Notes: generated by a model from the sequence alone, not told the origin. DNA of 32,000 nt from Dickeya dadantii NCPPB 898 (GCF_000406145.1 NZ_CM001976.1:3883177-3915176), one strand, 5' to 3'; shown: positions 9,568-18,626, counted from the first letter of the stretch. Program-made: numbers and translations.

Positions 9568-10974
9568 TCAAGCCTCATGCCGGGCGATATCGGATTGGTG
9601 CCGTTTATGTAGCCTGACGTAAAAACCGGTCGGGGTCACGGTAAAGGCAAAGCTTTCCATCACGTCCGACGCGGGCTGCTGCGCTTCAACGCGAAATCCG
9701 CTGCACAACGCATGAAACCCCAGCTTGATTTCCATTAATGCCAGCGATCGTCCGGGACACATGCGCGGACCGCCGCCGAAGGGCTGAAGGTCGGAAAATG
9801 ACGCCTGCCCGCGCTCCAGCCATCGATCAGGCATGAAATCGTGCGGGTGGTGAAATAAAGTCTCTTCAAATCCGTTCGCGTGCAGAGTCAGCAACAGAGG
9901 CGTACCCTTCCTGATAAGGAAATCGGCAATGACGGTGTCCTTAACCGGCTCAAGGTAAAGCAGCGGAGCCACCGGTTTAAGCCGCATGGACTCATACATC
10001 ACGGCGGTGAGCAACGGCATGCGGGGCAAGGGCCACGGCAGAAAGCCTCCTTCGCCCCCAGAAGCCTGCCTACACTCATCAACGACGTTCTCTTCCATCA
10101 AGGGTGCGGAGCAAAGCAGGAAACTCATCCAGGTCAGCGTATTCGCGGTTGTATCTTCCCCCGCCAGCAGTAGCGTAAACGCATTAGCCAGAATGTCTGC
10201 ATCCGTCAGCGTCCCGTCCTTTTGCTGCTCGGCAAGCATGATTTGCAGCATATTCTCAGGGGCATCCAGTAGCTGAGGGTTCTGCCGGATTCGCTCCCGC
10301 TGATGATCAATAAAGGCGTTAAGATGGTCGTCAATCAGGCTCAGGCTGGCGTCAAATTGCTTATCCCGCGCTCTCTTGATGTAACGCCATAAAGGAATGG
10401 GAGAGCCGCAGCGTTCATTAATCACAGGAAACATGCGGCGTAGACTTTGCGATAGCGGATTCTCACCTTGCTCAAGGGTATTGATGTCCTCGCCAAAGGC
10501 TAGCAACGATGTGATATCTACCGTATAGCGCTTAAATTCTTCCACCAGAGAAACCACCTCCCCGGTTTCAGCCAGCCTTGCGAAACGTGCGGATAAGCGT
10601 GCGGTGATCGTTCTGAGGCTGGGGTAGAAATACTTCAGATGTGCGGGCTGAAACATCGGTTCCGTCAGTTTCCGCTGATGTCCCCATCGTGCCCCTTCTG
10701 ATGAGAAAACGCCGTTCAGCCCGGCTTCCTGGAACACGGATTCAATACTGCTTCTGCGCCGGAACTCATCGGGGCGGGCTTTCATAATGGTGCGAATCCA
10801 TTCCGAATCGGCGATCACCATCGCCGACGTGAGCCCCAGCCTTAACCGGTAAAAAGGGCCATAGCGTTCCTTCCATTGCAACAACTGTAAGTGGACGTCA
10901 TGCCGTTTTAAATAGTGCACATGTCCGAGGAGGCCTCTGGTCGGAGGCATTGGCAACCGATTGATCGATCTCAT
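9568..10974 (-). CDS. Cytochrome P450 monooxygenase
   Basis: Heme-thiolate loop FGGGPRMCPGRSLA, I-helix-like LLLAGEDTT and an ESMR (ExxR) motif. Start set at ATG 10974 (MRSINRLPMPP...), preceded by AGGAAGGA. Confidence 0.85.
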   Translation of the reverse strand: MRSINRLPMPPTRGLLGHVHYLKRHDVHLQLLQWKERYGPFYRLRLGLTSAMVIADSEWIRTIMKARPDEFRRRSSIESVFQEAGLNGVFSSEGARWGHQRKLTEPMFQPAHLKYFYPSLRTITARLSARFARLAETGEVVSLVEEFKRYTVDITSLLAFGEDINTLEQGENPLSQSLRRMFPVINERCGSPIPLWRYIKRARDKQFDASLSLIDDHLNAFIDHQRERIRQNPQLLDAPENMLQIMLAEQQKDGTLTDADILANAFTLLLAGEDTTANTLTWMSFLLCSAPLMEENVVDECRQASGGEGGFLPWPLPRMPLLTAVMYESMRLKPVAPLLYLEPVKDTVIADFLIRKGTPLLLTLHANGFEETLFHHPHDFMPDRWLERGQASFSDLQPFGGGPRMCPGRSLALMEIKLGFHALCSGFRVEAQQPASDVMESFAFTVTPTGFYVRLHKRHQSDIARHEA

Positions 10975-11329
10975 ACGCGATATCCTTCCTTGCTCAGGTG
11001 ATAAGTGACCCGCGAAAAAGCAACCATTGAGAGATCCCGAAGAGATAAAGAGAGAAGGAATGGCAAACGACACCGCTAAAAACGACGGCAAGGCGCGTAC
11101 TCCCGGTTTACCGGGGCATCATTTACGATGTTATAAACAAAAACAGGGTACAAGACCTGATTCTGAATCTGCGTCACATCCTACCGAGCGGAAGATTAAA
11201 AAATATACATTGCGTTGTGGCTTTTTTGTTAACAAGTAATACATCGGGGAAGGAGAAGGTGTGGCAGGCGCGCCTTTCCCCGTCTTGCCGCACGGGGGAA
11301 GGCGCCTGTTCTGACAGAGCACGGGTTAC

Positions 11330-12319
11330 TTAGCCATGAGGGATCAGCAGGCATGACCCTTGTGTACTGCGGCTTTCCAGCGCACGGTGGGCGGAGCGGG
11401 CGTCTTCCAGCGCAAACTTCTGGCTGTCCGGCACGTCCACCTTGATGGCGCCGCTGGCGATCAGCGCGAACAGTTCGCGGCTGGCCAGTTCCAGTTCCTG
11501 ACGGGTGGTAATGTAGCTGAACAGCGACGGCCGGGTAACGTACAGCGACCCTTTCTGATTGAGAATGCCGAGATTCACCCCGGTGACCGGGCCGGACGCG
11601 TTGCCGAAGCTGACCATCAGCCCACGCCGTTTCAGGCAGTCGAGCGAGGCTTCCCAGGTATCTTTCCCCACCGAGTCATACACCACCGAGACTTTCTCTT
11701 CGTGGGTCAGCTCCAGTACCCGATGGACGATGTCTTCCTTGCGGTAGTTAATGGTGGCCCAGGCGCCCGCCTGTTTTGCCAGTTCCGCTTTGTGGTCGGA
11801 ACCGACGGTGCCGATCAGTTTCGCCCCCAGCGCCTTCGCCCACTGGCAGGCAATCAGCCCCACGCCGCCGGCGGCCGCATGGAACAAAAACACCTCGCCC
11901 GGTTTCACTTCATAGGTTTGGCGCAGCAGGTAATACACCGTCAACCCTTTCAGGAACGAGGCCGCCGCCTGCTCAAAGCTGATGTCGTCCGGCAGCAGCG
12001 CGACCTTGTCCGCCGGCACGTTATGCCGTTCGCTGTAAGCGCCCAGCGCCGACTGGGCATACACCACGCGGTCGCCCACCTTGAGATGTTTTACGTTAGC
12101 CCCGGCTTTCACCACCACGCCGGCCGCTTCGGTGCCCAGGCCGGAGGGAAACGACGGCGGCGAATACAGCCCGGAACGGAAATAGGTATCGATAAAGTTG
12201 ATGCCGATGGCGCGGTTTTCCACCTGAACGTCGTTAAGACCCGGCTCGCGCGGCGTGTAATCCACATACTCCAGCACCCCCGGCCCGCCGTGGTCGCTGA
12301 ACTGAATACGTTTTGCCAT
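11330..12319 (-). CDS. qor: NADPH:quinone oxidoreductase (zeta-crystallin family)
   Basis: IGINFIDTYFRSGLY...FHAAAGGVGLIACQWAKALGAKLIGTVG matches E. coli Qor. Conserved position divergent from dnaB. Confidence 0.9.
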   Translation of the reverse strand: MAKRIQFSDHGGPGVLEYVDYTPREPGLNDVQVENRAIGINFIDTYFRSGLYSPPSFPSGLGTEAAGVVVKAGANVKHLKVGDRVVYAQSALGAYSERHNVPADKVALLPDDISFEQAAASFLKGLTVYYLLRQTYEVKPGEVFLFHAAAGGVGLIACQWAKALGAKLIGTVGSDHKAELAKQAGAWATINYRKEDIVHRVLELTHEEKVSVVYDSVGKDTWEASLDCLKRRGLMVSFGNASGPVTGVNLGILNQKGSLYVTRPSLFSYITTRQELELASRELFALIASGAIKVDVPDSQKFALEDARSAHRALESRSTQGSCLLIPHG

Positions 12320-12441
12320 GATGATCTCCTCGCTCTATCGTGTATGCCCGGTGATGTCATCGGACAATATGTCATTCCTGAGTTTAGGATATACAATGCT
12401 CCCACCCCTAAAGGTAAATCAACCAGTAAAGAACGCGTTTC

Positions 12442-13845
12442 ATGGCAGAAAAAAAACCAACTAAACCGGCAGAATCCCGCGACCGTCAGGTAGAAGGGCT
12501 AAAACTTCCGCCCCACTCCATCGAAGCGGAACAGTCGGTGCTAGGGGGGTTGATGCTCGACAACGAGCGTTGGGACAACGTCGCCGAGCGCGTCTGTGCC
12601 AACGACTTTTTCAACCGCGCCCACCGACTGATCTTTAACGAGATGCAGCGCCTGCTGGAAATGAGCAAACCCATTGACCTGATCACCCTGTCGGAGTCGC
12701 TGGAGCAAAAAGGCGAGCTGGAGTCCGCCGGAGGGTTCGCCTACCTGGCGGAACTGGCGAAAAACACCCCCAGCGCGGCCAATATCGGCGCGTATGCCGA
12801 CATCGTGCGCGAACGCGCGGTAGTGCGTGAAATGATCGCCGTCGCCAACGAAATCGCCGACGCCGGTTACGACCCGCAGGGCCGCAGCAGCGAAGACCTG
12901 CTGGATCTGGCCGAATCGCGCGTGTTTCAGATAGCGGAAAACCGCGCCAGCAAGGATGAAGGCCCCAAAAGCATCGACCGCATTCTGGAAGACACCGTCT
13001 CGCGCATCGAACAGCTTTATCAGCGCCCGCACGACGGTGTGACCGGGGTATCCAGCGGATATCAGGATCTGGACAAGAAAACCGCCGGTTTGCAGAAATC
13101 GGATCTGATTATCGTTGCGGCGCGTCCCTCCATGGGGAAAACCACCTTCGCCATGAACCTGTGCGAAAACGCCGCCATGACGCAGGAAAAACCGGTGCTG
13201 ATTTTCAGTCTGGAAATGCCCGGCGAGCAGATCATGATGCGTATGCTGGCGTCGCTGTCGCGCGTGGACCAGACCCGCATCCGTACCGGTCAGCTCGACG
13301 ACGAGGACTGGGCGCGCATCTCCAGCACCATGGGGCTGCTGCTGGAAAAGCGCAACATGTACATCGACGACTCCTCCGGCCTGACGCCGACCGAAGTGCG
13401 CTCCCGCGCCCGCCGGGTATTCCGCGAGCACGACGGCCTGAGCCTGATCATGATCGACTACCTGCAGTTGATGCGGGTGCCGTCGCTGTCCGATAACCGA
13501 ACGCTGGAAATCGCCGAAATTTCACGCTCGCTCAAAGCGTTGGCAAAGGAATTGCAAGTGCCGGTCATCGCGCTGTCGCAGCTCAACCGCAGTCTGGAAC
13601 AGCGTGCCGATAAACGTCCGGTTAACTCCGACCTGCGTGAATCCGGCTCCATCGAGCAGGACGCCGACCTGATCATGTTTATCTACCGTGACGAGGTATA
13701 TCACGAAAACAGCGATCTGAAAGGCATCGCTGAAATCATTCTAGGGAAGCAGCGTAACGGGCCGATCGGCACCGTGCGCCTGACCTTTAACGGGCAGTGG
13801 TCGCGTTTCGACAATTACGCCGGGCCACAATATGATGATGAATAA
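12442..13845 (+). CDS. dnaB: Replicative DNA helicase DnaB
   Basis: PPHSIEAEQSVLGGLMLDNERWD, Walker A ARPSMGKTTFAMN and C-terminal GQWSRFDNYAGPQYDDE are essentially colinear with E. coli DnaB. Confidence 0.95.
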   Translation: MAEKKPTKPAESRDRQVEGLKLPPHSIEAEQSVLGGLMLDNERWDNVAERVCANDFFNRAHRLIFNEMQRLLEMSKPIDLITLSESLEQKGELESAGGFAYLAELAKNTPSAANIGAYADIVRERAVVREMIAVANEIADAGYDPQGRSSEDLLDLAESRVFQIAENRASKDEGPKSIDRILEDTVSRIEQLYQRPHDGVTGVSSGYQDLDKKTAGLQKSDLIIVAARPSMGKTTFAMNLCENAAMTQEKPVLIFSLEMPGEQIMMRMLASLSRVDQTRIRTGQLDDEDWARISSTMGLLLEKRNMYIDDSSGLTPTEVRSRARRVFREHDGLSLIMIDYLQLMRVPSLSDNRTLEIAEISRSLKALAKELQVPVIALSQLNRSLEQRADKRPVNSDLRESGSIEQDADLIMFIYRDEVYHENSDLKGIAEIILGKQRNGPIGTVRLTFNGQWSRFDNYAGPQYDDE

Positions 13846-13880
13846 GTCATGATGATGAATAAACGCACTAAGGACGCAGA

Positions 13881-14957
13881 ATGAAAACGGCAACCGCCGT
13901 CATTGACCGTCAGGCTTTGCGCCACAATCTGCAACGTATCCGGCAGATGGCGCCACAAAGCCGACTGATTGCCATAGTCAAAGCCAATGCCTACGGGCAC
14001 GGCGCCGTGGAAGCCGCCCGCGCCTTTTCCGACGCCGACGGTTACGGCGTCTCCCGCCTCAGCGAAGCGCTGGCGCTACGCGCCGCCGGCATCACCAAAC
14101 CTATCCTGCTGCTGGAAGGCTTCTTTGCCGCTGACGAGTTGCCGCTGCTGGCCGAACACCAGTTGGAAACCGCCGTACACTGCGAAGAACAGTTGGCGGC
14201 GCTGGAGCAGGCGCGCCTGCCGCACCCGCTAACGGTGTGGATGAAACTCGACACCGGCATGCACCGCCTCGGCGTGCTGCCGGAAAAGGCTGAGGCCTTT
14301 TATGCCCGGTTAAGCGCCTGTGCCAACGTGGTGCAGCCGGTGAACATCATGAGTCACTTTTGCCGCGCCGATGAACCACAAGCGGGCACCACGCAACATC
14401 AGCTCGACTGCTTCGACGCCTTTGTGCAAGACAAACCGGGCCGCCAGTCCATCGCCGCCTCCGGCGGGATTTTGCTGTGGCCGCAGACCCATCGCGATCA
14501 GATCCGCCCCGGTATTATCCAGTACGGCGTCTCGCCGCTGGCACAGGGCGACGCCAGCCAATGGCAGCTCAAACCGGCAATGACCCTGACCTCGCACCTG
14601 ATTGCGGTACGCGAGCACCACGCCGACGAGCCGGTAGGTTACGGCGGCACCTGGACCAGCCCGCGCGCAACCCGGATGGGAGTGATCGCGATTGGCTACG
14701 GCGACGGCTATCCGCGCGACGCTAAAAGCGGCACGCCGGTGTGGATCAACGGCCGCGAAGTGCCGCTGTCCGGCCGGGTATCAATGGATATGATTACCGT
14801 CGATCTGGGGCCAAACGCGCAGGACAAGGTCGGCGATGAGGTGATTTTGTGGGGCGGCCCGCTGCCGGTGGAAAAAGTCGCCGCCCACAGCGGCATCAGC
14901 GCCTATGAACTGATTACCCGACTGACCAGCCGCACCCGGCTGGAGTACATCGGCTAA
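13881..14957 (+). CDS. alr: Alanine racemase (biosynthetic)
   Basis: PLP-lysine motif [11 protein letters not shown]. Conserved dnaB-alr synteny. Confidence 0.9.
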   Translation: MKTATAVIDRQALRHNLQRIRQMAPQSRLIAIVKANAYGHGAVEAARAFSDADGYGVSRLSEALALRAAGITKPILLLEGFFAADELPLLAEHQLETAVHCEEQLAALEQARLPHPLTVWMKLDTGMHRLGVLPEKAEAFYARLSACANVVQPVNIMSHFCRADEPQAGTTQHQLDCFDAFVQDKPGRQSIAASGGILLWPQTHRDQIRPGIIQYGVSPLAQGDASQWQLKPAMTLTSHLIAVREHHADEPVGYGGTWTSPRATRMGVIAIGYGDGYPRDAKSGTPVWINGREVPLSGRVSMDMITVDLGPNAQDKVGDEVILWGGPLPVEKVAAHSGISAYELITRLTSRTRLEYIG

Positions 14958-15000
14958 CCCCAACGTTCATTATTCAACACAGCACCTCCCCATACGCAAA

Positions 15001-15035
15001 AAGCCCGAACCTCGGATCATCCGGGATTCGGGCTT
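15001..15035 (-). terminator. Rho-independent terminator for the BhsA-like gene; the same hairpin also follows alr on the plus strand
   Basis: AAGCCCGAA...TTCGGGCTT stem. On the minus strand it is followed by TTTTTGCG. On the plus strand there is no U-tract. Confidence 0.5.
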
Positions 15036-15072
15036 TCTCGCTCACCGCTGAAGATATCAGCAGTTAAAAATC

Positions 15073-15124
15073 AGCGATTAAGCAATCAGCGATTAGCGAT
15101 TAGCGATTAGCGATTAGCGATTAG
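15073..15124. repeat. Heptanucleotide tandem repeat (AGCGATT)n
   Basis: Five perfect tandem copies at 15088-15122 plus two degenerate copies upstream. On the minus strand it reads (TAATCGC)n and starts exactly at the TAA stop of the BhsA-like gene. Confidence 0.9.
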
Positions 15125-15369
15125 TTGTACAGTTCAGCAACACCGCGAATCTGGTCATCACCGATAGCGGAGATGATGCGGAAAGATTTGGCGCCAGCGG
15201 CATCGGCTTTGGCAGACAGCTGAGCCTGCAAATCGTCCAGGCTACGGCCAGTAGCGGAAACGGTGCCCAGGTCACGGCTCTGTACCGATTGCACTTCAGT
15301 GGCAGCCAGCGTGCCGAAAGAGATAGTGGCCAGAGCGACGGCAGCAACAACAGTTTTGATCGATTTCAT
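15121..15369 (-). CDS. YdgH/BhsA/McbA-family (DUF1471) small periplasmic stress protein
   Basis: MKSIKTVVAAVALATISFGTLAA signal peptide and C-terminal ...AKSFRIISAIGDDQIRGVAELYN typical of DUF1471 proteins. Start at ATG 15369 after a GAAGAGG RBS. Confidence 0.7.
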   Translation of the reverse strand: MKSIKTVVAAVALATISFGTLAATEVQSVQSRDLGTVSATGRSLDDLQAQLSAKADAAGAKSFRIISAIGDDQIRGVAELYN

Positions 15370-15612
15370 AGTAAGCCTCTTCACGTTAATCAGGTCGGGA
15401 AGGCGTAACTGCCTTCGATGTGAAGCAGGATAGCGCTGTTAGCGGGCTGTTAAAATCTAGTTAATTTGCCGACAACGCTCAAAAAAGTTGAATAAAAAAA
15501 GCACCAAAAGATAAGCAAAAACTATCTCGTGGTGCGCAATGTCGGGATATTGTCCCAGCCTATACCTATAATGATATTGACTTACGTTAGTTTACATAAA
15601 AATAGCCAACTT

Positions 15613-16380
15613 TTATTCTGCTTTACCCAACCATTCAGAAATTATCTTCCGGTATTCCCCGGTTGATTTAGCCAGATGCAGCCATTGATCCACATACAGC
15701 TTCCAGCTCATATCGTCACGCGGCAGCATATAGGCTTTCTCGCCATACTGCATCGGCGAGGACGGATTGACCGCGCACAGTTGCGGATAGCGTTGCTGCT
15801 GGAACAGCGCCTCCGACGCATCCGTAATCATCACGTCTGCCTGCTTGTCCACCAGTTGCTGGAAGATGGTCACGTTGTCATGCAACGCCAGACGGGCGTT
15901 AGACAAGTGGGCGTGAACAAACGCCTCGTTGGTACCACCCGCCGGTTCGATCACCCGCACCGACGGCTGATTGATCTGCGCTATCGTCTGGTACTTATCT
16001 TTGTCGTCGCAGCGCACCAGCGGGATCTTGCCATCCACATCCAGCATGCTGGAGAAAAACGCCTTTTTCTGACGTTCCAGCGTCACGGAAATCCCGCCCA
16101 TGGCGATATCGCACTTGCCGGACTGAAAATCCGGCATCAGGGTTTTCCAGCTGGTTTTTACCCACTCCACTTTCACGCCCAGGCTTTTAGCCAGCGATTG
16201 CGCCATAGCGATATCGATCCCTTCATAATCACCATCGGCGCGCAGCGATGTGTACGGCTTATAGTCGCCGGTGGTGCAAACCTTCAGCACCCCTTGTTCC
16301 TGCACCTGATCAAGATGAGACGCGGCGCTAGCGCCGCCGGCCAGCCCCAACAACAGAATGAGTGAAAACCGTTTTTTCAT
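15613..16380 (-). CDS. pheC: Periplasmic cyclohexadienyl (prephenate/arogenate) dehydratase, family-3 solute-binding fold
   Basis: GVLKVCTTGDYKPYTS...DIAMGGISVTLERQKKAFFS...NVTIFQQLVDKQADVMITD...YVDQWLHLA parallels Pseudomonas PheC as I recall it. Signal peptide MKKRFSLILLLGLAGGASA. Start at ATG 16380. Confidence 0.75.
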   Translation of the reverse strand: MKKRFSLILLLGLAGGASAASHLDQVQEQGVLKVCTTGDYKPYTSLRADGDYEGIDIAMAQSLAKSLGVKVEWVKTSWKTLMPDFQSGKCDIAMGGISVTLERQKKAFFSSMLDVDGKIPLVRCDDKDKYQTIAQINQPSVRVIEPAGGTNEAFVHAHLSNARLALHDNVTIFQQLVDKQADVMITDASEALFQQQRYPQLCAVNPSSPMQYGEKAYMLPRDDMSWKLYVDQWLHLAKSTGEYRKIISEWLGKAE

Positions 16381-16425
16381 GAGAGTTCCTTGCAAGCCTG
16401 TCAGGCAAAAGCGCCACTGTATCAT

Positions 16426-16580
16426 GCCGTTTCTACGGCTGCCGGTTTTGACCCTTTTTTTTCGCCTTGTTATAACTCATTGATTTTTAATGACGACAAT
16501 GATCGACGTTAAAAAAGGGTTTTCCAGGAAAAATCCCGACTTCCCTTTCAAAATCAGGTAATAGGCGATAAATTGCTACG
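16426..16580 (+). promoter_or_regulatory. CRISPR1 leader
   Basis: AT-rich sequence directly 5' of the first repeat. It shares with the other two leaders an AAAAAAGGGT motif ending about 60 nt before repeat 1 (16511-16520), an IHF-like WATCAANNNNTTR match (16473-16485, minus strand) and a (C/T)TACG junction. Confidence 0.6.
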
Positions 16581-16852
16581 GTTCACTGCCGTATAGGCAG
16601 CTTAGAAAGGCCAGCACATCCGTGCGAGGATTGCGAGGAAGTTCACTGCCGTATAGGCAGCTTAGAAATATGCGACAGGATACTTGGGCGTGGAGGTCGT
16701 GTTCACTGCCGTTTAGGCAGCTTAGAAAGTAGTTGTAGCTGTTATCGTGATTGGCACTGCTGTTCACTGCCGTGTAGGCAGTTTAGAAAATTCTGCTGCA
16801 CATGTGACTTACTCTGCCGACGATGTTCACTGCCGCACAGGCAGCGGTTGAC
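16581..16852 (+). CRISPR. CRISPR1: type I-F array with 5 repeats and 4 spacers, separated from the cas genes
   Basis: Repeats start at 16581, 16641, 16701, 16762 and 16825. Consensus GTTCACTGCCGTATAGGCAGCTTAGAAA. Repeats 3-5 are progressively degenerate (loops GTTTA, GTGTA, GCACA; the last ends CGGTTGAC). Spacers are 32, 32, 33 and 35 nt. Confidence 0.9.
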
Positions 16853-17172
16853 CGGTTTTTTGGCGTTAAAAACTACGCTGAGGTGGGCGACTTCGCCGGA
16901 TGCACGGCATGAATGCCGTGCAAGCCCATTCCGCGTCTGACAAAAACGCTGGGAGCGTTTTTGAACAGCGTTTACGCTGGCCCGAAGGGCGAGCCCCAGG
17001 GATGGGGCGAGTAAACGCGTAATGGGCGGTCCGAACGCCGAAGGCACCGCGTAGCGGCGTAGTTTAGCCTCCAGCCAGTGGTCAAGGAGAGGTGGCACCT
17101 GAACCTCTCCTTGTCGTGCGTGCGACGAAGTTGCAAAGAGAATATCGTGGTCATCACGCACGAAATATTTCA
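16853..17172. repeat. Left copy of a roughly 300-bp hairpin-rich non-coding trailer element, inverted relative to 21733-22069
   Basis: The reverse complement aligns almost base-for-base with 21780-22069. Differences are a few substitutions, a 1-nt indel and a 13-nt indel. Similarity is weaker out to about 17172 / 21733. Confidence 0.85.
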
Positions 17173-17252
17173 CTGCACTGACATCTATTCGTTAATCAAT
17201 AACAAAACAACCCTGCTGTTTATCAACAGCCCCTCGCAGCAGCGATTAACCC

Positions 17253-18626
17253 TTATTCCGCCGTCAGAGCCGACACCGTCCCTTTTCGCTTTTTGATGGC
17301 ATAGCCGGCGGCCAGCGCCAGCAGCCAGAACGGAATCAGCCACACGGAAATCTGAATGCCCGGCGTCATCGCCATGATCACCAGAATCCCGGCCAGAAAC
17401 AGCAGGCACAGTATGTTGGTGAGCGGATAACCCAGACTTTTGAAGCGGGTTTCCTGCTGTGCGCGCTGTTTGGCCTGACGGAATTTCAGATGGGTGATGC
17501 TGATCATCGCCCAGTTAATCACCAGTGCAGACACCACCAACGCCATCAGCAGTTCAAACGCTTTGCCCGGCATCAGGTAGTTGAGCAGCACGCACAGCGC
17601 CGTCGCCAACGCCGAGACGCCAAGCGACACCAGCGGAATGCCGCGACGGTTGACCGTCAGCAGCGCGCGCGGCGCGTTGCCCTGCTGCGCCAGCCCGAAC
17701 AGCATCCGGCTGTTGCAGTACACGCAACTGTTATAGACCGACAGCGCGGCGGACAACACCACCAGATTCAGCACGTTCGCCACCAGATTGCTATCCAGCG
17801 CATGGAAAATCAGCACGAACGGGCTGCCGCCTTCCACCACCTTCTGCCACGGATACAACGACAGCAGCACCGCCAGCGCCCCCACATAAAACAGTAGAAT
17901 GCGATAAATCACCTGATTGGTGGCGCGCGGAATACTCTTTTGCGGGTCATAGGCTTCGGCCGCCGTAATCCCCACCAGCTCCAGCCCGCCAAAGGAAAAC
18001 ATGATCACCGCCATCGCCATCACCATGCCGCTGACGCCGTTCGGGAAGAAACCGCCGTGCTGCCACAGGTTGGCGACGCTGGCGTCCGGCCCGCCGGTAC
18101 CGCTCAACAACAGATAACCGCCAAACACGATCATGCCGATAATCGCCGCTACCTTGATAATGGAGAACCAGAATTCCAGTTCGCCGTAGACCTTGACGTT
18201 ACTCAGGTTGATGGCATTAATGGCGACAAAAAATACCGCCGCCGATACCCAGGTCGGCACCGCCGGCCACCAATACTGGATGTAGATGCCCACCGCGCTC
18301 AGTTCCGCCATGCTCACCAGCACATACAGCACCCAATAATTCCAGCCGGACATGAACCCGGCAAAATTACCCCAGTATTGATTGGCGAAGTGGCTGAACG
18401 AACCGGCCACCGGCTCCTCCACCACCATTTCGCCCAACTGACGCATAATGAAAAAAGCAATCACGCCGGCAATGGCGTAACCGAGCAGGACCGATGGCCC
18501 GGCCATGCGAATCGTCTGTGCGATGCCGAGAAACAACCCGGTGCCCACCGCCCCGCCCAGCGCAATGAGCTGGATATGCCGGTTCTTCAGCCCCCGTTTT
18601 AATTGGCTGTTTTGCTGTGTGTCCAT
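17253..18626 (-). CDS. aroP: Aromatic amino acid:H+ symporter AroP
   Basis: LKRGLKNRHIQLIALGGAVGTGLFLG...MRQLGEMVVEEPVAGSFSHFA...NSCVYCNSRMLFGLAQQGNAP is colinear with E. coli AroP. Confidence 0.85.
   Translation of the reverse strand: MDTQQNSQLKRGLKNRHIQLIALGGAVGTGLFLGIAQTIRMAGPSVLLGYAIAGVIAFFIMRQLGEMVVEEPVAGSFSHFANQYWGNFAGFMSGWNYWVLYVLVSMAELSAVGIYIQYWWPAVPTWVSAAVFFVAINAINLSNVKVYGELEFWFSIIKVAAIIGMIVFGGYLLLSGTGGPDASVANLWQHGGFFPNGVSGMVMAMAVIMFSFGGLELVGITAAEAYDPQKSIPRATNQVIYRILLFYVGALAVLLSLYPWQKVVEGGSPFVLIFHALDSNLVANVLNLVVLSAALSVYNSCVYCNSRMLFGLAQQGNAPRALLTVNRRGIPLVSLGVSALATALCVLLNYLMPGKAFELLMALVVSALVINWAMISITHLKFRQAKQRAQQETRFKSLGYPLTNILCLLFLAGILVIMAMTPGIQISVWLIPFWLLALAAGYAIKKRKGTVSALTAE

Noticed and set aside
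11268-11305. GC-rich hairpin (GGCGCCTTTCCCCG...CGGGGGAAGGCGCC) downstream of qor, considered as its terminator.
   Set aside because: Good stem but no adjacent U-tract on the qor strand, so confidence is too low to list as a feature.
16576-16767. ORFs reading through the CRISPR arrays (16576-16767, 21901-22245, 31722-31964) with repeated FLSCL.GSE peptide motifs.
   Set aside because: The periodic peptide motif is just the translated 28-bp repeat. These are arrays, not genes.
16742-17173. 143-aa ORF, and its counterpart the 123-aa ORF at 21740-22111, covering the conserved trailer element.
   Set aside because: The two copies share nucleotide identity, but a 13-nt and a 1-nt indel shift the frame between them. 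Only the ends translate alike, and both run into CRISPR repeats. Conservation is at the DNA/RNA level.
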